From contig BAAFSQ010000393.1 in NCBI GenBank assembly GCA_054661495.1, positions 1-7,974 on the forward strand: a stretch of DNA of 7,974 bases. Direction: 5' to 3'. The notes beneath the pieces are model-generated. The model did not search any database. It worked only from the letters and a program-made list of their open reading frames with translations, and was not told where the DNA came from. The stretch comes from Zygophlyctis sp. KS116 (Eukaryota > Fungi > Chytridiomycota). Made by a program: the position numbers and the translations under genes. Positions 6,882 to 7,974 of the stretch are shown here, one piece after another. The stretch's first letter is position 1. Every line of letters starts with the position of its first letter.

Positions 6882-7707
6882 ATGAGATCAAATACAAAAG
6901 CTATATTATACCATCAGGCTCTCTCTTGGATATCTTGGATCCATCTACAAATTTTACTCTGGTTGACACTATTACATTCTTGGATATTTAGAGGAATTCC
7001 TAGTTTTACTCTTGTTGGGCAGACTGTAGGAACCCTAATAGTGGTTGGTGATGATGTAGCATATGGACATGGTGATTCTATTCTTAAAAGGTTCATGGGA
7101 GTATCATCCTATCTTGAATTGTATTTAAAAAAGGAACGGAAACTAAAAACAAATTGGAAGATTTTGAATTTTGGGTGGGTAAATTCTTCTTCTAGAACTT
7201 GGTTACCAAGTTGTAATTCTAAATTTTACAAAAATCTTGAAATTATTGACAAGGAATCTACAATTATTTTACTGTTTATAGGTTCAAATGATGTTCAAAA
7301 TGGAATTTCTCTACAAGAATCAGTGTATAATATAAAGGAAATTTGTAAAGAGTTTTCAAGATTAGGAGTACAGGTATTTTTATCTACAATTCCTACTTGG
7401 GGAGATGAAGGCATGGAACAGGATTTGGCAAAAACACGAAGAGGGATTAATCAGAGTATTAGAGATTTGATTTCAAGTAGAGAGTTTTCACAATTGTATT
7501 TAGGTGTGGATTTAGACTCTAGTAATTTTGAATATAGAGTATTGAATTTGTATACATTTGATGGAATTCATTTTTCTAAAACTGTACTCGAAATTAAATA
7601 ACTTTTAGGGATACAGAAAGATATCAAGTGATTTGGCAGAGATTATAATTAATCCAATGGTCAAGATTGAATTTTCTTACTTTAAAAAGAGGATAAAGGG
7701 ACTTTAA
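6882..7707 (+). CDS. SGNH/GDSL hydrolase-fold protein with an N-terminal hydrophobic segment, about 266 aa; exons 6882-7583, 7609-7707
   Basis: Block I-like IVVGDDVAYG, block II-like NFG, block III LFIGSND, and block V DGIHFSKT|GYRKI completed by a 25-nt intron 7584-7608. Ends KKRIKGL-stop. Confidence 0.85.
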
Positions 7708-7898
7708 TCATTTTATTTGCAAAATATCTAAATTTCATATTCCTCAATCAATAATGTGCATATGTTACTGCTATAGTTTACCTTCAATGTTAAGCTGTTT
7801 CCAACAAAGAAATCTGTTCCTAGCACGTTTACATCTGCAAAGTGTTTATCAGGAGGTGATAGATAGCATGTAGTAACTTTATTTGTATGAATCATGAC
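7693..7898 (-). repeat. Right arm of the 206-bp inverted repeat
   Basis: Reverse complement of 5453-5658 (201/206). Similarity ends abruptly at 7692 and 7899. Confidence 0.97.
7728..7898 (-). pseudogene. 3' fragment copy of the retropepsin-like gene (open 55-aa frame from ATG 7895)
   Basis: MIHTNKVTTCYLSPPDKHFADVNVLGTDFFVGNSLTLKVNYSSNICTLLIEEYEI-stop. It lacks the active-site half within this window. Confidence 0.8.
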
Positions 7899-7974
7899 CA
7901 GGCCTTGGAAAAAAATAATCTTTATTTATTTATATCTTATTTTTTTAATAAAATAATCTATTTTTTAAGAAAGA
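7899..7974. other. Very AT-rich non-coding sequence starting CAGGCCTTGG; possible DNA-transposon terminus
   Basis: Abrupt junction with the right repeat arm, a short GC-rich tip, then AT-rich sequence with AAAATAATCT twice. The partner end is not visible. Confidence 0.25.

Noticed and set aside
749-7096. ORFs 749-988(-), 1105-1299(+), 1706-1900(-), 4887-5087(-), 5604-5858(+), 6914-7096(-)
   Set aside because: Short antisense or off-frame shadows of well-supported genes, with no recognisable motifs.
5453-7898. The 206-bp arms as TIRs of an autonomous DNA transposon
   Set aside because: The arms are pieces of neighbouring genes, the interior has housekeeping genes and no transposase, and the outer flanks show no matching target-site duplication.
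7894-7956. Plus-strand frame MTRPWKKII as the missing CTU2 RPL motif
   Set aside because: It is out of frame with the CTU2 breakpoint, low-complexity and quickly terminated.
1-7974. Prokaryotic operon-like region or ciliate genetic code
   Set aside because: Spliceosomal introns and eukaryote-specific genes are present, and TAA, TAG and TGA each terminate genes at the expected C-termini.
1-7974. tRNA, rRNA, CRISPR array or other ncRNA gene
   Set aside because: None recognisable by eye, and the spacers and introns leave almost no room. A covariance-model search was not run.

Overview
AT-rich, very gene-dense eukaryotic DNA in the standard code (TAA, TAG and TGA all end genes). The protein content suggests a fungus, perhaps an early-diverging or chytrid-like lineage (inference). 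The ORF track is fragmented because genes are split by 13 tiny GT-AG introns of 24-28 nt. After manual splicing the window holds: the 5' end of an unknown gene (minus strand, missed by the ORF track), an aquaporin, CWF19L2/Cwf19, an Aim25-like scramblase, prephenate dehydratase, a retropepsin-like protein with NTG in place of the catalytic DTG, a C-terminally truncated CTU2/Ncs2, MBF1, and an SGNH-fold protein with GDD in place of GDS. Intergenic gaps are 15-104 bp. The main structural feature is a 206-bp inverted duplication (5453-5658 / 7693-7898, 201/206 identical) around a 2,034-bp three-gene segment. It supplies the stop codon to three different genes and coincides with the CTU2 truncation, which fits an inversion with a staggered-break duplication or an invertible cassette. 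Other points: a CAG/TAG poison acceptor in a spliceosome gene and a recurring AGGGTA motif just upstream of start codons, once inside the upstream gene's last codons.
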